DNA of 64,000 nucleotides from Octopus sinensis (Eukaryota). The notes under the pieces were generated by a model. The model saw only the letters and a program-made list of their open reading frames with translations. It had not been told where the DNA came from and searched no databases. The stretch spans positions 147,312,001 through 147,376,000 of the forward strand of contig NC_043000.1 in assembly GCF_006345805.1 (NCBI RefSeq), in the 5' to 3' direction. Position 1 is the first letter of the stretch. Every line of letters starts with the position of its first letter. Positions 39,345 to 51,064 of the stretch are shown here, piece by piece. A program made the translations under genes and the position numbers.

Positions 39345-41397
39345 GTTCATCATCATCGTTTAACGTCCATTCTCCATGCTAGCATGGGTTGGACGGTTCG
39401 ACTGGGGATCTGGGAAGCCAGAAGTCTGCACCAGGCTCCAGTCTGATCTGGCAGTGTTTCTACAGCTGGATACCCTTCCTAACGCCAACCACTCCATTAG
39501 TGTAGTGGGTGCTTTTTACGTGCCACCTGCACAGGTGCCAGGCGAGGCTGGCAACGGCCATGATCGGATTGGTGCCTTTTACGTGCCACCGGCACGGAAG
39601 CCAGTCGAGGCGGCACTGGCATCAGCCACAATTCGGATAGTGCTTTTTACGTGCCACCGGCATGGCAGCCAGTCATGGTGATGCTGGCATCGGCCACGAT
39701 TCGGATAGTGCTTTTTACGTGCCACCGGCATGGCAGCCAGTCATGGCGACGCTGGCATCGGCCACGATTCGGATAGCGCACAGGATGATTGTGTGATTAA
39801 GTTTATTTTGAAACCATTTGATTGAAGGCTATATCCACTGTATAGGCATTATTGGCTAGTGACCTGTACCATAATGCTGTGAGTCAGTGAGTGAAATTGG
39901 TGAACAGAAACTGAAGAAGCAAGTCATGTTTGTGTTTTTGTGAGTTCATATTTGTTCACTGGCTGTAAACAACCTCAGTATCATTTGCTTGCTATTTCCC
40001 ATGGAAGCATGTCCAGATTACTTGACATATGTGATTTTCGTAAACAAAAGTCTTGTTTGAATGGTGGTGTTTTCGATTCTCCCCATAACCATCTCTAGGC
40101 TTTTCATTGTTCTTAGACTTGAGGATTATTACCCTGACTCATCATCATCGTTTAACGTCCGCTTTCCATGCTAGCATGGGTTGGACGATTTGACTGAGGA
40201 CTGGCAAACCAGATGGCTGCACCAGGCTCCAATCTGATCTGGCAGAGTCCCTACAGCTGTATGCCCTTCCTAATGCCAAACACTCCAAGAGTGTAATGGG
40301 TGCTTTTTACATGCCACTGGCATGAGGGCCAGTCAGGCGACACTGGGAACGGCCATGCTCAAATGGTGTTTTTTTACATGCCACCTAAACTGGCAAGGAC
40401 CTTGCTCGGATGTTTTTTTCACGTGCCAGTAAGGCAATACTGGTAATGATCATGCACGAATGGTGCTTTTTACATGCCACCGGCATGGAAGCCAGTTAGC
40501 TGCTCTGGCAATGATCACGTTTGGATGGTACTCTTAGCGCTCCACTAGCATGGATGCCAGTCATCGAATTTGATTTCGATTTCACTTGCTTCAATAGGTC
40601 TTTGCAAGCAGAGTTTAGTGTCCAATGAAGGAAACGTACGCATAAGTGAGCTGGTTACATCCCTGGCATGGGCCACAAGGTTATGGTCTCACTTGGCTTG
40701 CTGGGTCTTCTCAAGTACAGCATATTTTCAATGGTCTCAGTCACTAGCCATTGCCTCGGTGAGGACTATAGAAGAAAAGACTTGCCCAAGGTACTGTGTA
40801 GGACTGAACTTGAAAACATGTGATTAGAAAGCAAGCTTCTTAACCACAAAACTATGTCTGCAAGCACACACACACATTTGTGCTTGTGCTAATGAGATAA
40901 GCTAAATTAATATTGGACATCCAAACAATTCTTTCTCCTCATTTGTCAATCTGATTCTTAATTTATTGACACCTACAGGTGATGTATAAGCAATGTAAAA
41001 GGTAATCAGAAGATCAGCCACATAACTGTAGTTTCTAAATTCATAACAAAGTGTCTCAATTCTGGTGCCTAAGTCTGTGAACAAATCAACTCCCTGCCCA
41101 ATGTAAACAAAAATATCCCTAATATTTGCAGTGGAGTCCGTGCAGGTGGCACGTAAAATGCACCAATCCGACCGTGGCCGATGCCAGCCTTGCCTGGCAC
41201 CAGTGCAGGTGGCACGTAAAAAGCACCCACTACACTCACGGAGTGGTTGGCGTTAGGAAGGGCATCCAGCTGTAGAAACATTGCCAGATAAGACCGGAGC
41301 CTGGTGCAGCCTTCTGGCTTCCCAGATCCCCGGTCGAACCGTCCAACCCATGCTAGCATGGAGAACGGACGTTAAACGATGATGATGATGATGATGA
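39345..41397. mobile_element. Three family E repeats in NIFK intron 4 (39345-39780 -, 40140-40780 -, 41135-41397 +)
   Basis: Shared GGATGCCCTTCCTAA(C/T)GCCAA core and (GAT)n tails. Confidence 0.8.
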
Positions 41398-41640
41398 AGG
41401 CAGCAAGTTGACAGAATGTCGTCCATTTTTACATTCTGAGTTCAAATTCCATTGAGGTTGTCTTTGCCTTTCATCTTTTCAGGGTTCATGAAATAACAGC
41501 TGAGCACTGGAGTCAGTGTAATCAACTTACCTCTTTGTCAAATTTGGAAGCATATCAGTTTAACTGTATTTTATAACAAATATTGCACTGTGCTGCTTCA
41601 AATATTGCTGGTTGCACATTTTAAAGTAATTATTTTTATA

Positions 41641-42024
41641 TACTCTTTACTCTTTTACTTGTTTCAGTCATTTGACTGTGGCCATGCTGGAGCACCGCCT
41701 TTAATCGAGCAAATCGACCCCGGGACTTATTCTTTGTAAGCCCAGTACTTATTCTATCGGTCTGTTTTGCCAAACCGCTAAGTGACGGGGACGTAAACAC
41801 ACCGGCATCAGTTGTCAAGCAATGCTAGGAGGACAAACATAGACACACAAATACATATATACGACAGGCTTCTTTCAGTTTCCGTCTACTAAATCCACTC
41901 ACAAGGCATTGGTCGGCCCGAGGCTATAGCAGAAGACACTTGCCCAAGATGCCACGCAGTGGGACTGAACCCGGAACCATGTGGTTGGTAAGCAAGCTAC
42001 TTACCACAGCCACTCCTGCGCCCT
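41641..42024 (-). mobile_element. SINE family B
   Basis: Full-length match. Confidence 0.9.
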
Positions 42025-42309
42025 GTATATATGTATATATAATCTTATTTTCCATACTTATGTCACTGAAACCTAGGGCTGCATGTAGTTTGACACCTTC
42101 TCCCAACCAAGACATAAAAGACAAGAACAAGGCTACCTTGATTTAAACTCAGGATGTTAGGCAAAAATATTTACTGTATTCAATCCATTGTTTCTGATTA
42201 GCTCAGACAGTCAAGAGCTTGTAGTAGTGGAAGGAATAAGTCTGGTTTTAGAGCATTTTCAATAATGGATGGAGTATTTCTTTCAACTTTTTTTCTTTTT
42301 ATTTTTCAG

Positions 42310-42648
42310 GAGAAATCAATCATGACCAGTTTAGATAAGCAGCTCAAATCTGTAGCTAAAAAAGAAACTGATGACAGTTCAGAGATGAAGACAGATGAGT
42401 CCACACTCTCTGCAGTTGATGCCAGTCATTCGACTAATGAAGGTGACTCCACAACCGGTGGCAGCATATTATTACTGGAAGATAACCCCAGTGATGATGA
42501 AATACAGATAAAAACACCACCAAACTGTGTCAAACTCTCAAAATTAAACCAGCTTTCCAAAAAAGAACTCAGGAAAGTTAAGACCGTAAAAACAGCCAAA
42601 GCACCCAGCTTTAAATTATTCCCAAAGCCAAAAAAGGTTAAAGAATAA
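42310..42648 (+). CDS. NIFK: NIFK terminal coding exon 5a (EKSIMTSLDK...SDDEIQIKTPPNCVK...KPKKVKE*), giving a 299-aa protein
   Basis: Strong T-rich acceptor, in frame with exon 4. DDEIQIKTP resembles human DDEIVFKQP. TAA stop followed by AATAAA at 42664-42669. Confidence 0.9.
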   Translation, partial: EKSIMTSLDKQLKSVAKKETDDSSEMKTDESTLSAVDASHSTNEGDSTTGGSILLLEDNPSDDEIQIKTPPNCVKLSKLNQLSKKELRKVKTVKTAKAPSFKLFPKPKKVKE

Positions 42649-42663
42649 TTATAAAAGTTTTAC

Positions 42664-42669
42664 AATAAA
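42664..42669 (+). terminator. Polyadenylation signal for NIFK exon 5a
   Basis: AATAAA 16 nt after the stop, with a U-rich stretch downstream. Confidence 0.6.
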
Positions 42670-42832
42670 AATTTATAAACTAATTTCTTCTCTTTAACTT
42701 TTTTAACAACTTATTTTTTTTTTGCAAAATTGCCCAAGTCAAACTAGTATAAAAAAAACTTGGGCAATTTTACAAATCTCAACATTTATTGGGTCATACT
42801 AATATGTGCTGACATGGATTATATTTGTTTAA

Positions 42833-43053
42833 CCCTTTAGTGTTTGCATTATTCTGCCAAAATTAATCCTTTTTTATCTAAATTGTTTTGAATTAATCAT
42901 GCATTATCTTGTAGCTATGAGATTTTGATGAGGTAGCTGTTAATTTTTAAAACAATATTGTAGGGTTGGTGTGTGAGACCAGATCTGGCCAGTTTGACCA
43001 TAAAACAGGCAGAATACTTTTGGCCGGATATGGCCGGTTTAAATGCTAAAGGG
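42833..43053 (-). mobile_element. piggyBac-like MITE, family P1
   Basis: TTAA|CCCTTTAG...CTAAAGGG|TTAA. Other copies at 47907-48117 and 48716-48931; degenerate ones near 54830-54965 and 59530-59670. Confidence 0.88.
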
Positions 43054-43439
43054 TTAAATGAACTTCTGGTATGATGATTGCTGTTAAGCTGATGTTTTAA
43101 GGTGTAGCACCTGACTTGTGATTTTGTTAAATTTTTTCATTTTAACTAGGGGGCATTGCAGTCTCTATCATAAGTTTAGGGTTCTTGAATTATACTATTT
43201 TTTGGTTTTCTGAAAGTTAATTTGACTGTATTTAAGTTTACTTATTTTATTGAGGGTTTTGTTGTTTTTTTATATGGATAGTTATAGACTGTGTCCATAG
43301 TTCATCTAGACGTTTCCCAACTAGTGAGTTGTAAGGAGTTGATATTCAGCTTGAACTTCTAGTGGGTATGTTAGTTAGTTAGTTAATTTTTTGGCTCAAA
43401 AAGCAAGGCCATGTAGGGGGACATGGAGTTATGTACAGG

Positions 43440-43740
43440 GTGGTGTTCATGTAAAGAGTTCAGGCCATTTGTGGTCAAGGGAGACTTTGAACCGAGCAGT
43501 CGTCAGCATCTTCACTATCTCATCCGGCAGCTTATTCCACGGAACCGCAACCCGGACGGAGAAAGCCTCTCTCCTTCAATTGAGATATCTATGGTGAAAA
43601 CATGGAAGTTTCAGTGGGGTACACCTGTGGAAAGAAGATTCAGTACAGAGAAGAGTGAGCTCCGTGAGGAGTTACAAGAGGCAGAGAGTGCTTAATATGC
43701 GACTTGGCTAAGTTGTAAGCAGGATTCATAGCTGCAGTAG
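43440..43740 (-). mobile_element. CR1-like LINE 3' fragment
   Basis: RRKAFSVRVAVPWNKLPDEIV...FKVSLD. Confidence 0.75.
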
Positions 43741-45015
43741 GAGGGAGGAAACTAATCACATTGATAGGCTTGTAATTGTAGCTTGTTAGCTAAGAACTGC
43801 TGAATAGGAGGGCTTTCTTTTAAACTTGAATCTAGAATCTAGTAGCAGCTACACTGTTCTTGATGTGTAGAGTATAGCAGTCATCATCTTCATTTGACGT
43901 CTGTTGTCTGTGCCAGCATGGGTTGGACGGTTTGACAAGGGCTGGTAAGCTGAGGGGCTGCACCAGACTCTCAGTCTGATTTGGCATGGTTCTATGACCT
44001 TCCTAATGCCAACCACTCCAAGAGTAATTGGTGCATTTATGTGCCAGTTGTGTGACACTGGTATCTCCCACAACTATGATTTCACTTGGCTTGGAATTAT
44101 TTTTTTATGGTTCTCATAGTCAGTGTTTGAATAGCAATGCCTACACCTTTTTGTATAGAATGGAGGAAGAAACCAAAGCCTGCATCAGAGTAAATTCCAC
44201 TGAAGGTGCCGAAAGGCCAGGTAATGTTAAATCAGATTAGTGTCCCATCTAAGTACAATGGACAAAAGTTCTTATCTCTTCAATCTCACCTGTAAGGCTG
44301 TGGTATACTATTTCTTGTTGTGATGCTCTTCAATGTTGTTGAACTCGGGATCATGTGATTGAGAAACAAATTTCATAACCACAGGGTCGTGTCTGGCCAC
44401 TGCCTTCAAAGAGGTAACTTTACATTTGTAAATCAATTTTGGTAATGTTATGCTTATAATTGCCACAAAAATTCATCAGAGACTGTGAGGTCAAGCATCC
44501 CTAACAGTGTCCAAACCTTAGATTCTTCAAACTGTGCCTTAAGAGAAAGTGTAATTTAGCAGAAAGTTTGGTTAGAACAACAATTCATAATTAGAATAAC
44601 TTACTGAGCTAATATGTATAAAACACTTTCTTTCTAGAAGCTGTTCCATTTTATGTCTCTTAGCTGTACAGCAAGCTCCTATATATGGATTTTATGTCAA
44701 GAAATATTAGTTGATCTGTTCAATGGCAGTGAAACTTTAACTAAGCACATATCTTTATGATTCTTTTAGAGATATATATATCATTTATACTTTCTCATCT
44801 AGAGTAATTTTATAAGTTTTAGATGTTTTCATACTGTTGGAGTATATATCTTCTCAGATGGATCTACCTTCTACAAACCAAACCATGAAATAAGATCATA
44901 ACTTGACGCAGTTGTTTTTGAGCAAGTAGAATCCCAACAATCATTTTATTTACTCTCACTGATTAACCAAATTATATCTTTCCTACTTAACATTTCTAAC
45001 TTACCTTCATTACAG

Positions 45016-45080
<65 letters not shown>

Positions 45081-45299
45081 ATATATATATGAGAGAGTGT
45101 GTGTGTTTGAGCTAAATTTGACAATTTAATTTTTTAAGGTCGATGTATTGGAGAACATAAATTAAAGTTGCAATTGAAAAATAGTTAACTGAATGGGAGA
45201 CTAGAAACCATCTGAATATTGGAAAAGAATTACCTGTATCATGATGAGTCACACCAGGTATCAAGATATCAACATCATGACTGCTAGTTAATGCTCTGT

Positions 45300-45720
45300 G
45301 AACACTGTAAAATGTGACAGGGAAAGCTGTGGCTAGCAGGTGTTCTGACTCTCCGCACATCTTTGAACACAGCCTTAGAATCAATTCAGATGGCTATGTT
45401 AAGCTACTGGAGACTGTAGTCAATCCCTGGCTGTAGAGGGTTGCTGATGGAAGGACATATGTGTGACAGCAGGTTTCAGCTCTTTGCCATACCTCTAGAA
45501 AGAATCAGAAGTGATTATCAAAGAATTTCTGACCTCCTGACTTCCCTGATTTTAATCTTATGGATTACGAAAGACCAACTGCTCTGCCTGAAATCCCAAA
45601 GCCAAGATCGAGAAGGCTTTCAAAGGTCTTCCCAAGGATGCAGTGGGGAATGCATGCACTAGATTCCAGAGTTGTCTTGAGGCCATGATGGTGGCAACTT
45701 TGAGTTAACTGTTATCTCCC
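45300..45720 (+). mobile_element. Decayed Tc1/mariner transposase C-terminal fragment
   Basis: VKLLETVVNPWL.RV...PDFNLMDY...KAKIEKAFKGLPKDAVGNACTRFQSCLEAM. Confidence 0.7.
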
Positions 45721-46486
45721 AACCATAATCTAGGAATTCTTTTTTGATTTCTTAAAATACTTTTATTTTTGGATGGGATATTGTCAAATTTACCCAAAAC
45801 AGCTTGTACATGTGTGTGATTTCATTCTCACAAATAAGGAAAAATCTGTTAAGTATTTCAAATTCAAAGATTTTTGAGTAACATTTGTGATTTTTTTCCT
45901 ATTGAGGAATGAAATATTAACAACTTTTGAAATTATATCTAACCTACTTTTTAAATTCTGTTTTTTTTCAGTTTCATTTTAAAACACTAATATGACTTAA
46001 TAAGAAAAGTTTATTGTCATTATAAATATTTCTGTACCTGAAATGAAAAATGTGCCTCATCTATTTAATGTTGGGGGAAAAAAATACTTAGTGGTCCATG
46101 AATGTACAACAGAAGAATACTACTAATGCTCCTGTATTTTATACAGTGCACCAAACATACACATCTGTGATCATATCCATGTTACTTTGATGTCTTGCTG
46201 TATTGTGTTTCATTTGAGTGGGATACCAGCTTGATACTGTGTCTTCTTCCTTGAAAAAAGATACATCTACTCATAGTAACCATGCACACTTTGAACAGAC
46301 CTGATCAAATGCATTTCGGCTGTAAGTCATGCTGTGATTTCAATTCAAAACAAAGGGACATAACTGGATACGTCAAAATATTTTGATCAACTGATGTACT
46401 AATTCTTTTTTCCACCTTTATCAGGGCAGACAATAGGCATTTTTGTTAGAGAATGGTTTATAAGTGATATAGTCAACCCAAGCAGC

Positions 46487-46891
46487 TTACTCTTTACTCT
46501 ATTACTTGTTTCAGTCATTTGACTGCGGCCATGCTGGAGCACCGCCTTTAGTCGAGCAAATCGACCCCGGGACTTATTCTTTGTAAGCCCAGTACTTATT
46601 CTATCGGTCTCTTTTGCCGAACCGCTAAGTGACGGGGACATAAACACACCAGCATCAGTTGTCAAGCAATGCTTGGGGGACAAACACAGACACACAAACA
46701 TATACACACACACTTACACATATATACATATATACGACAGGCTTCTTTCGGTTTCTGTCTACCAAATCCACTCACAAGGCATTGGTCGGCCCGGGGCTAT
46801 AGCAGAAGACACTTGCCCAAGATGCCACGCAGTGGGACTGAACCCGGAACCATGTGATTGGTTAGCAAGCTACTTACCACACAGCCACTCC
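46487..46891 (-). mobile_element. SINE family B
   Basis: Full-length match. Confidence 0.9.
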
Positions 46892-47906
46892 TATTCTTTT
46901 TGTTTGTTTTATTTTTGACACCAGCCTCACATTATCATTCTAAAAATACTTTTAAGCCCAAATTGATGAAGTATTAACTTTAGCCATGTAAAAAGTATTT
47001 ATTTGTTTTCGGTCTTTACTATCAATGCCACTGTCACCACTACATCACTTATTACCAGTAAAAGCAATTATTTATCTCTAATGTCACAAAGTTATCTTTT
47101 TCTAATCTGGTAGTGTATAAGTACTTCTTGTCAGACAACTAAAGGTTTCATTTCAGTCTTGTAAAATATGTTGTTCAGTTATTTTCTTGTTCTTGAATAT
47201 CGCTTCCGAATGACCCCTCACAGCTGAAAACTTTAGTGAAAGTAATAATGTTGCACTTGACATCAGGAAAACCTACCATGTCTGACATGTGAATCTTTTA
47301 GCTAAGATGTCTGGCTAGAGTCTTCATTATCTCCTATTTCGTGGATTGGAAGAATCTATAAGCCGAGATGTTGTGTACATCCTTCAATTAGGACATAACA
47401 ATGTAATCTCTTTCAACAGTATAAAGGTCCCATTACAGCACATTTTTAGGAAACAGGTGGTGCCATTAATGGAATCCACTCTGTTGTAAGCATTCAGAGC
47501 AGGGTTGTGAATAACCCAGGAGTGATGGTTCTTTCTCCTTCCTACATCAGTTTCAGAGGACATGCAAAAATGATTATGCATACAGTCTCTCTTCTTCTAA
47601 GCCACAAACATATCTATAAGTGGCCTTGTGTCTAGAATATCTTACAGGATTGGTTCTAAGTTCAAATCCTGACAAAGTCAACTTTGCTTTTCGGCCTTTC
47701 AGCAGTCCAGAGTAGTGAGTTGGCAGCATTTTTAGAACAATGGGCAGGATGTCTTACAACATCTATTTTGGCTCAGTTCATTCTGAGTTCAAATACCAAC
47801 CCAACCCAACATAGAAAAAGGTGATATCACTGCCAAGGATTGGAATCAACAGATATTAAGATTGTGTCAGCAATTTTAAAAGCCAATGAAAACATAGTTT
47901 CCTTAA

Positions 47907-48117
47907 CCCTTTAGCATTTAAACCGGCCAAAAGTATTCTGCCTGTTTTATGTTCAAACTGACCAGATCTGGTCTCTCACACCAACCCTACAATATCATTT
48001 AAAAAATTAACAGCTACCTCATCAAAATCTCAAAGCTACAAGATAATGCATGATTAGTTCAAAACAATGTGGATAAAGAAGCATTAATTTTGGCAGAATA
48101 ATGTGAACACTAAAGGG
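47907..48117 (+). mobile_element. piggyBac-like MITE, family P1
   Basis: TTAA TSD and CCCTTTAG TIRs. Confidence 0.88.
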
Positions 48118-49171
48118 TTAAATCAACAGCCACTACATGTGTATGTTTATATGGTTGAAATGGAAGGGAACAGAACTTAACTCATGACCAAGTAAGACCA
48201 CTTTCTTAACTCGGAAAGTTAATGCAAATGTTCTAAAAACCCAAGGAGTTCTCGTGTGTAAATTTGCTTTGAGTGGATGAAGTGTTTCACAGCTCTGAAC
48301 CTACTTTTCAGTGTAATTCCACTTCCCTTATACAAAAGAAAATATAACTGTTTTCTAAAAGAATAGTTTTCTACATTTACAATTAGACCGACTAATATTT
48401 TCTCCTTTCTGTTTTCCATTATCTCCGTTTTATGGGAGGCGTCTTTCTTTCTTAAAAAATGTACATTCCTTTTTGAATGGTTCCATCTCTGTTGTTAGGT
48501 GTTATATTTATTTTTGTTTTATATACTTCTTGTTGTTTAGCCACAGGCCAGCTGAGATCCAGTAAAAAAACCTGTGGAGGGGAGATTAGTGAATGTAGTA
48601 CCTAACTACACAAAAAGATGAGTTAGCCATGACTGCTCAGTCAGTGATCTGGAGATAAATGACAACAGCCTTCAACACTATATATACCACTAGAACATAA
48701 CATTGATAACTAGATAGCTAATTTAAACCGGCCATATCCGACCAAAAGTATTCTGCCTGTTTTATGTTCAAACTGGCCAGATCTGGTCTCTCACACCAAC
48801 CCTACAATATCGTTTTAAAAATTAACAGTTACCTCATCAAAATCTCATAGCTACAAGATAATACATGATTAGTTCAAGGCAATGTGGATGAAGAAGCATA
48901 ATTTTGGCAGAATAATGCGAACACTAAAGGGTTAAACTCTCTTTCTCTCAACAAACTTTCCTTTTTCTCCTATTAAATATCATTCTTTTGATCCACAGCT
49001 TTCCTATAGCTCAATTTTGATTTTATTTTAGTTTTTACTATTAAATCAAAGTGAGTCAACATGTATAAACTCAAAAGCAATTTAGAGAAGATAAAATCAT
49101 AAAAACAGCCTAAAATCTCAGTGAGAAAAATTAAAAGAATAATTTTGAAAATTTGTAATAAAATAGTTTAA

Positions 49172-49385
49172 CCCTTCCATTACCGTATTTATTTTGAGAT
49201 GCTCTGTGTTTCTTTCAATTACTTTAAATATAACAAAGAATTCAATAAAATAACTTAGTTATCATTCAGCTAGTGTGAGGAACATAAATTGTGACTAAGG
49301 TTTGGTGGAAGATTTTAATTCAAAACTTATGAAAACAAGACATTTGTACTCAGAGCCGGTTTCAGCCGGGTTGGGAACAAAAGGG
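49172..49385 (-). mobile_element. piggyBac-like MITE, family P2
   Basis: TTAA|CCCTT...AAGGG|TTAA. Confidence 0.85.
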
Positions 49386-49389
49386 TTAA

Positions 49390-49750
49390 CTTACTCTTTT
49401 ACTTGTTTCAGTCATCTGACTGCAGCCATGCTGGAGCACCGCCTTTTAGTTGAGCAAATCGACCCCAGGACTTATTCTTTGTAAGCCTAGTACTTATTCT
49501 ATCAGTCTCTTTTGCCAAACTGCTAAGTTACGGGGACATAAACACACCAGCAATGTTGGGGTGACAAACACAGACCCACATATATACGATGGGCTTCTTT
49601 CAGTTTCCATCTACAAAATCCACTCACAAGGGTTTGGTCAGCCCGAGGCTATAGTAGAAGACACTTGCCCAAGGTGCCATACAGTGGGACTGAACCCGGA
49701 ACCATGTGGTTGGTAAGCAAGCTACTTGCCACACAGCCACTCCTGCGCCT
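49390..49750 (-). mobile_element. SINE family B
   Basis: Match to the family. Confidence 0.88.
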
Positions 49751-49973
49751 TAATAAAAAAAAATGTAATTTCTTCACTTCAGTATTATTTAGTACTTGTT
49801 AGTGCTTGGTTGTTTGCCTTTTATAATATTACGACATGGTAAATTGGATGGTTTCAAGATTTCTTAAGTTATCAAAAATGTCCTTTGATTTCTAATTTGC
49901 AAGCCACCAACAAGCTTGCCAAAGTGCATTTTTTTTTTACTAACTCTGGTTTTTTTTTTATTTATTTCTTCAG

Positions 49974-50450
49974 TCTCAGCAGGAAAATTTACCAAGTGCT
50001 CTGAGAATGAAAATCAGGCATGTAATTAAGGAACAATCCAATAACAGTCAGACACTGAATGAGAGGAACGAAGGTCAAAGGATTAATGACAACGATATCG
50101 TGTTTTGGGAAAATAATCAAAATAAATCATTTAACAAGAACATGGCTCTTCATTTTAAAACCCTTGATGATTCTTTTACGATTCCTGTTTCCAATGAAAA
50201 CTATGTGAAGGATGAGAGCATTTTCACATACCCTGACTCCTGGATGCTCAGTAATACTCAATCTACACCATCTCAATTAGATAACAGTTTATATTTGCTG
50301 GAAGATGACAGCAGTGATGATGAAATAATATTGAAAACACCACCAAACTGTGTTAAACGGTCAAAATTAAACACACTTTCTGAAGAACAGCTCAGGAAAG
50401 TGAAGACCATAAGAACAGCCCAGAATCCTAGCTATAAATTATTTCCTTAA
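49974..50450 (+). CDS. NIFK: Candidate duplicated alternative terminal exon 5b of NIFK (SQQENLPSALRMKIRH...SDDEIILKTPPNCVK...PSYKLFP*), predicting a 345-aa isoform
   Basis: TACTAAC at 49938-49944, poly-T tract, CAG at 49971-49973. Phase 0 like exon 5a, with 158 open codons. The last 54 aa are 38/54 identical to exon 5a. AATAAA at 50609-50614. Confidence 0.7.
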   Translation, partial: SQQENLPSALRMKIRHVIKEQSNNSQTLNERNEGQRINDNDIVFWENNQNKSFNKNMALHFKTLDDSFTIPVSNENYVKDESIFTYPDSWMLSNTQSTPSQLDNSLYLLEDDSSDDEIILKTPPNCVKRSKLNTLSEEQLRKVKTIRTAQNPSYKLFP

Positions 50451-50608
50451 CTAAAAGAAGCTTTCAAAATCATTTTGAAAATTTAACAAAAATATTTTCC
50501 ATATTTTTTTTTATTATTGTGATATTATTTAAAACTATTTTTGAACGGAAGATATTTTTTTCTCAGCTATGGAAAGAAAGTTCGTTTTAAAATACATTCA
50601 ATAAGAGA

Positions 50609-50614
50609 AATAAA
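50609..50614 (+). terminator. Candidate polyadenylation signal for NIFK exon 5b
   Basis: AATAAA followed by a G/U- and U-rich tract (TTTTGGGTTTTTTTTC). Confidence 0.5.
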
Positions 50615-50961
50615 ACATTTTGGGTTTTTTTTCTTTCTTTTTATTTTAATTTATCTTTCCTCACTATACTAAAGTTTCAAACTTGGTAAGCGTTCATTAA
50701 AGGGAGGTAACTTTTATTGGCAACCGGAAAAATTCATCACAACCTTTTTCAGTATGATATCCATCATGTGTATATGTTTGTGTTATATATATATATATAT
50801 GTATATACGCGCACACTCATATATAGATACGTTTATAATCAGGAACCATTCTGAAGTTGAGCCTAGAATAAAATTGTATCATCTCGGATGATAAGTAAAA
50901 ATCAACTTCTACAAAAACATTCTTGTCCGTTGTAGAGGTGATCTTCATGTGAAAAAAAAGC

Positions 50962-51006
50962 TCATAGATGCTTGATCTCAAAATCTGTACCAAGAGTCAG
51001 TGTATG
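50962..51006 (-). CDS. LBP/BPI-family terminal exon (HTLTLGTDFEIKHL*)
   Basis: TTTTTCTTCCACAG acceptor, phase 0, TGA stop. Resembles BPI NFLLFGADVVYK. Candidate AATAAA signals on - at 50713-50718 and 50640-50645. Confidence 0.85.
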   Translation of the reverse strand, partial: HTLTLGTDFEIKHL

Positions 51007-51064
51007 CTGTGGAAGAAAAATTACAATGAATAATAATGTTTAATATTGTTTACAAACATTATAC

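Noticed and set aside
44159-44220. AG/GT-bounded 62-nt segment between NIFK exons 5a and 5b
   Set aside because: Phase 0 from exon 4 hits TGA, and there is no homology support.
48219-48500. About 90 open codons on -
   Set aside because: Possibly a decayed LINE end, but there is no diagnostic motif.
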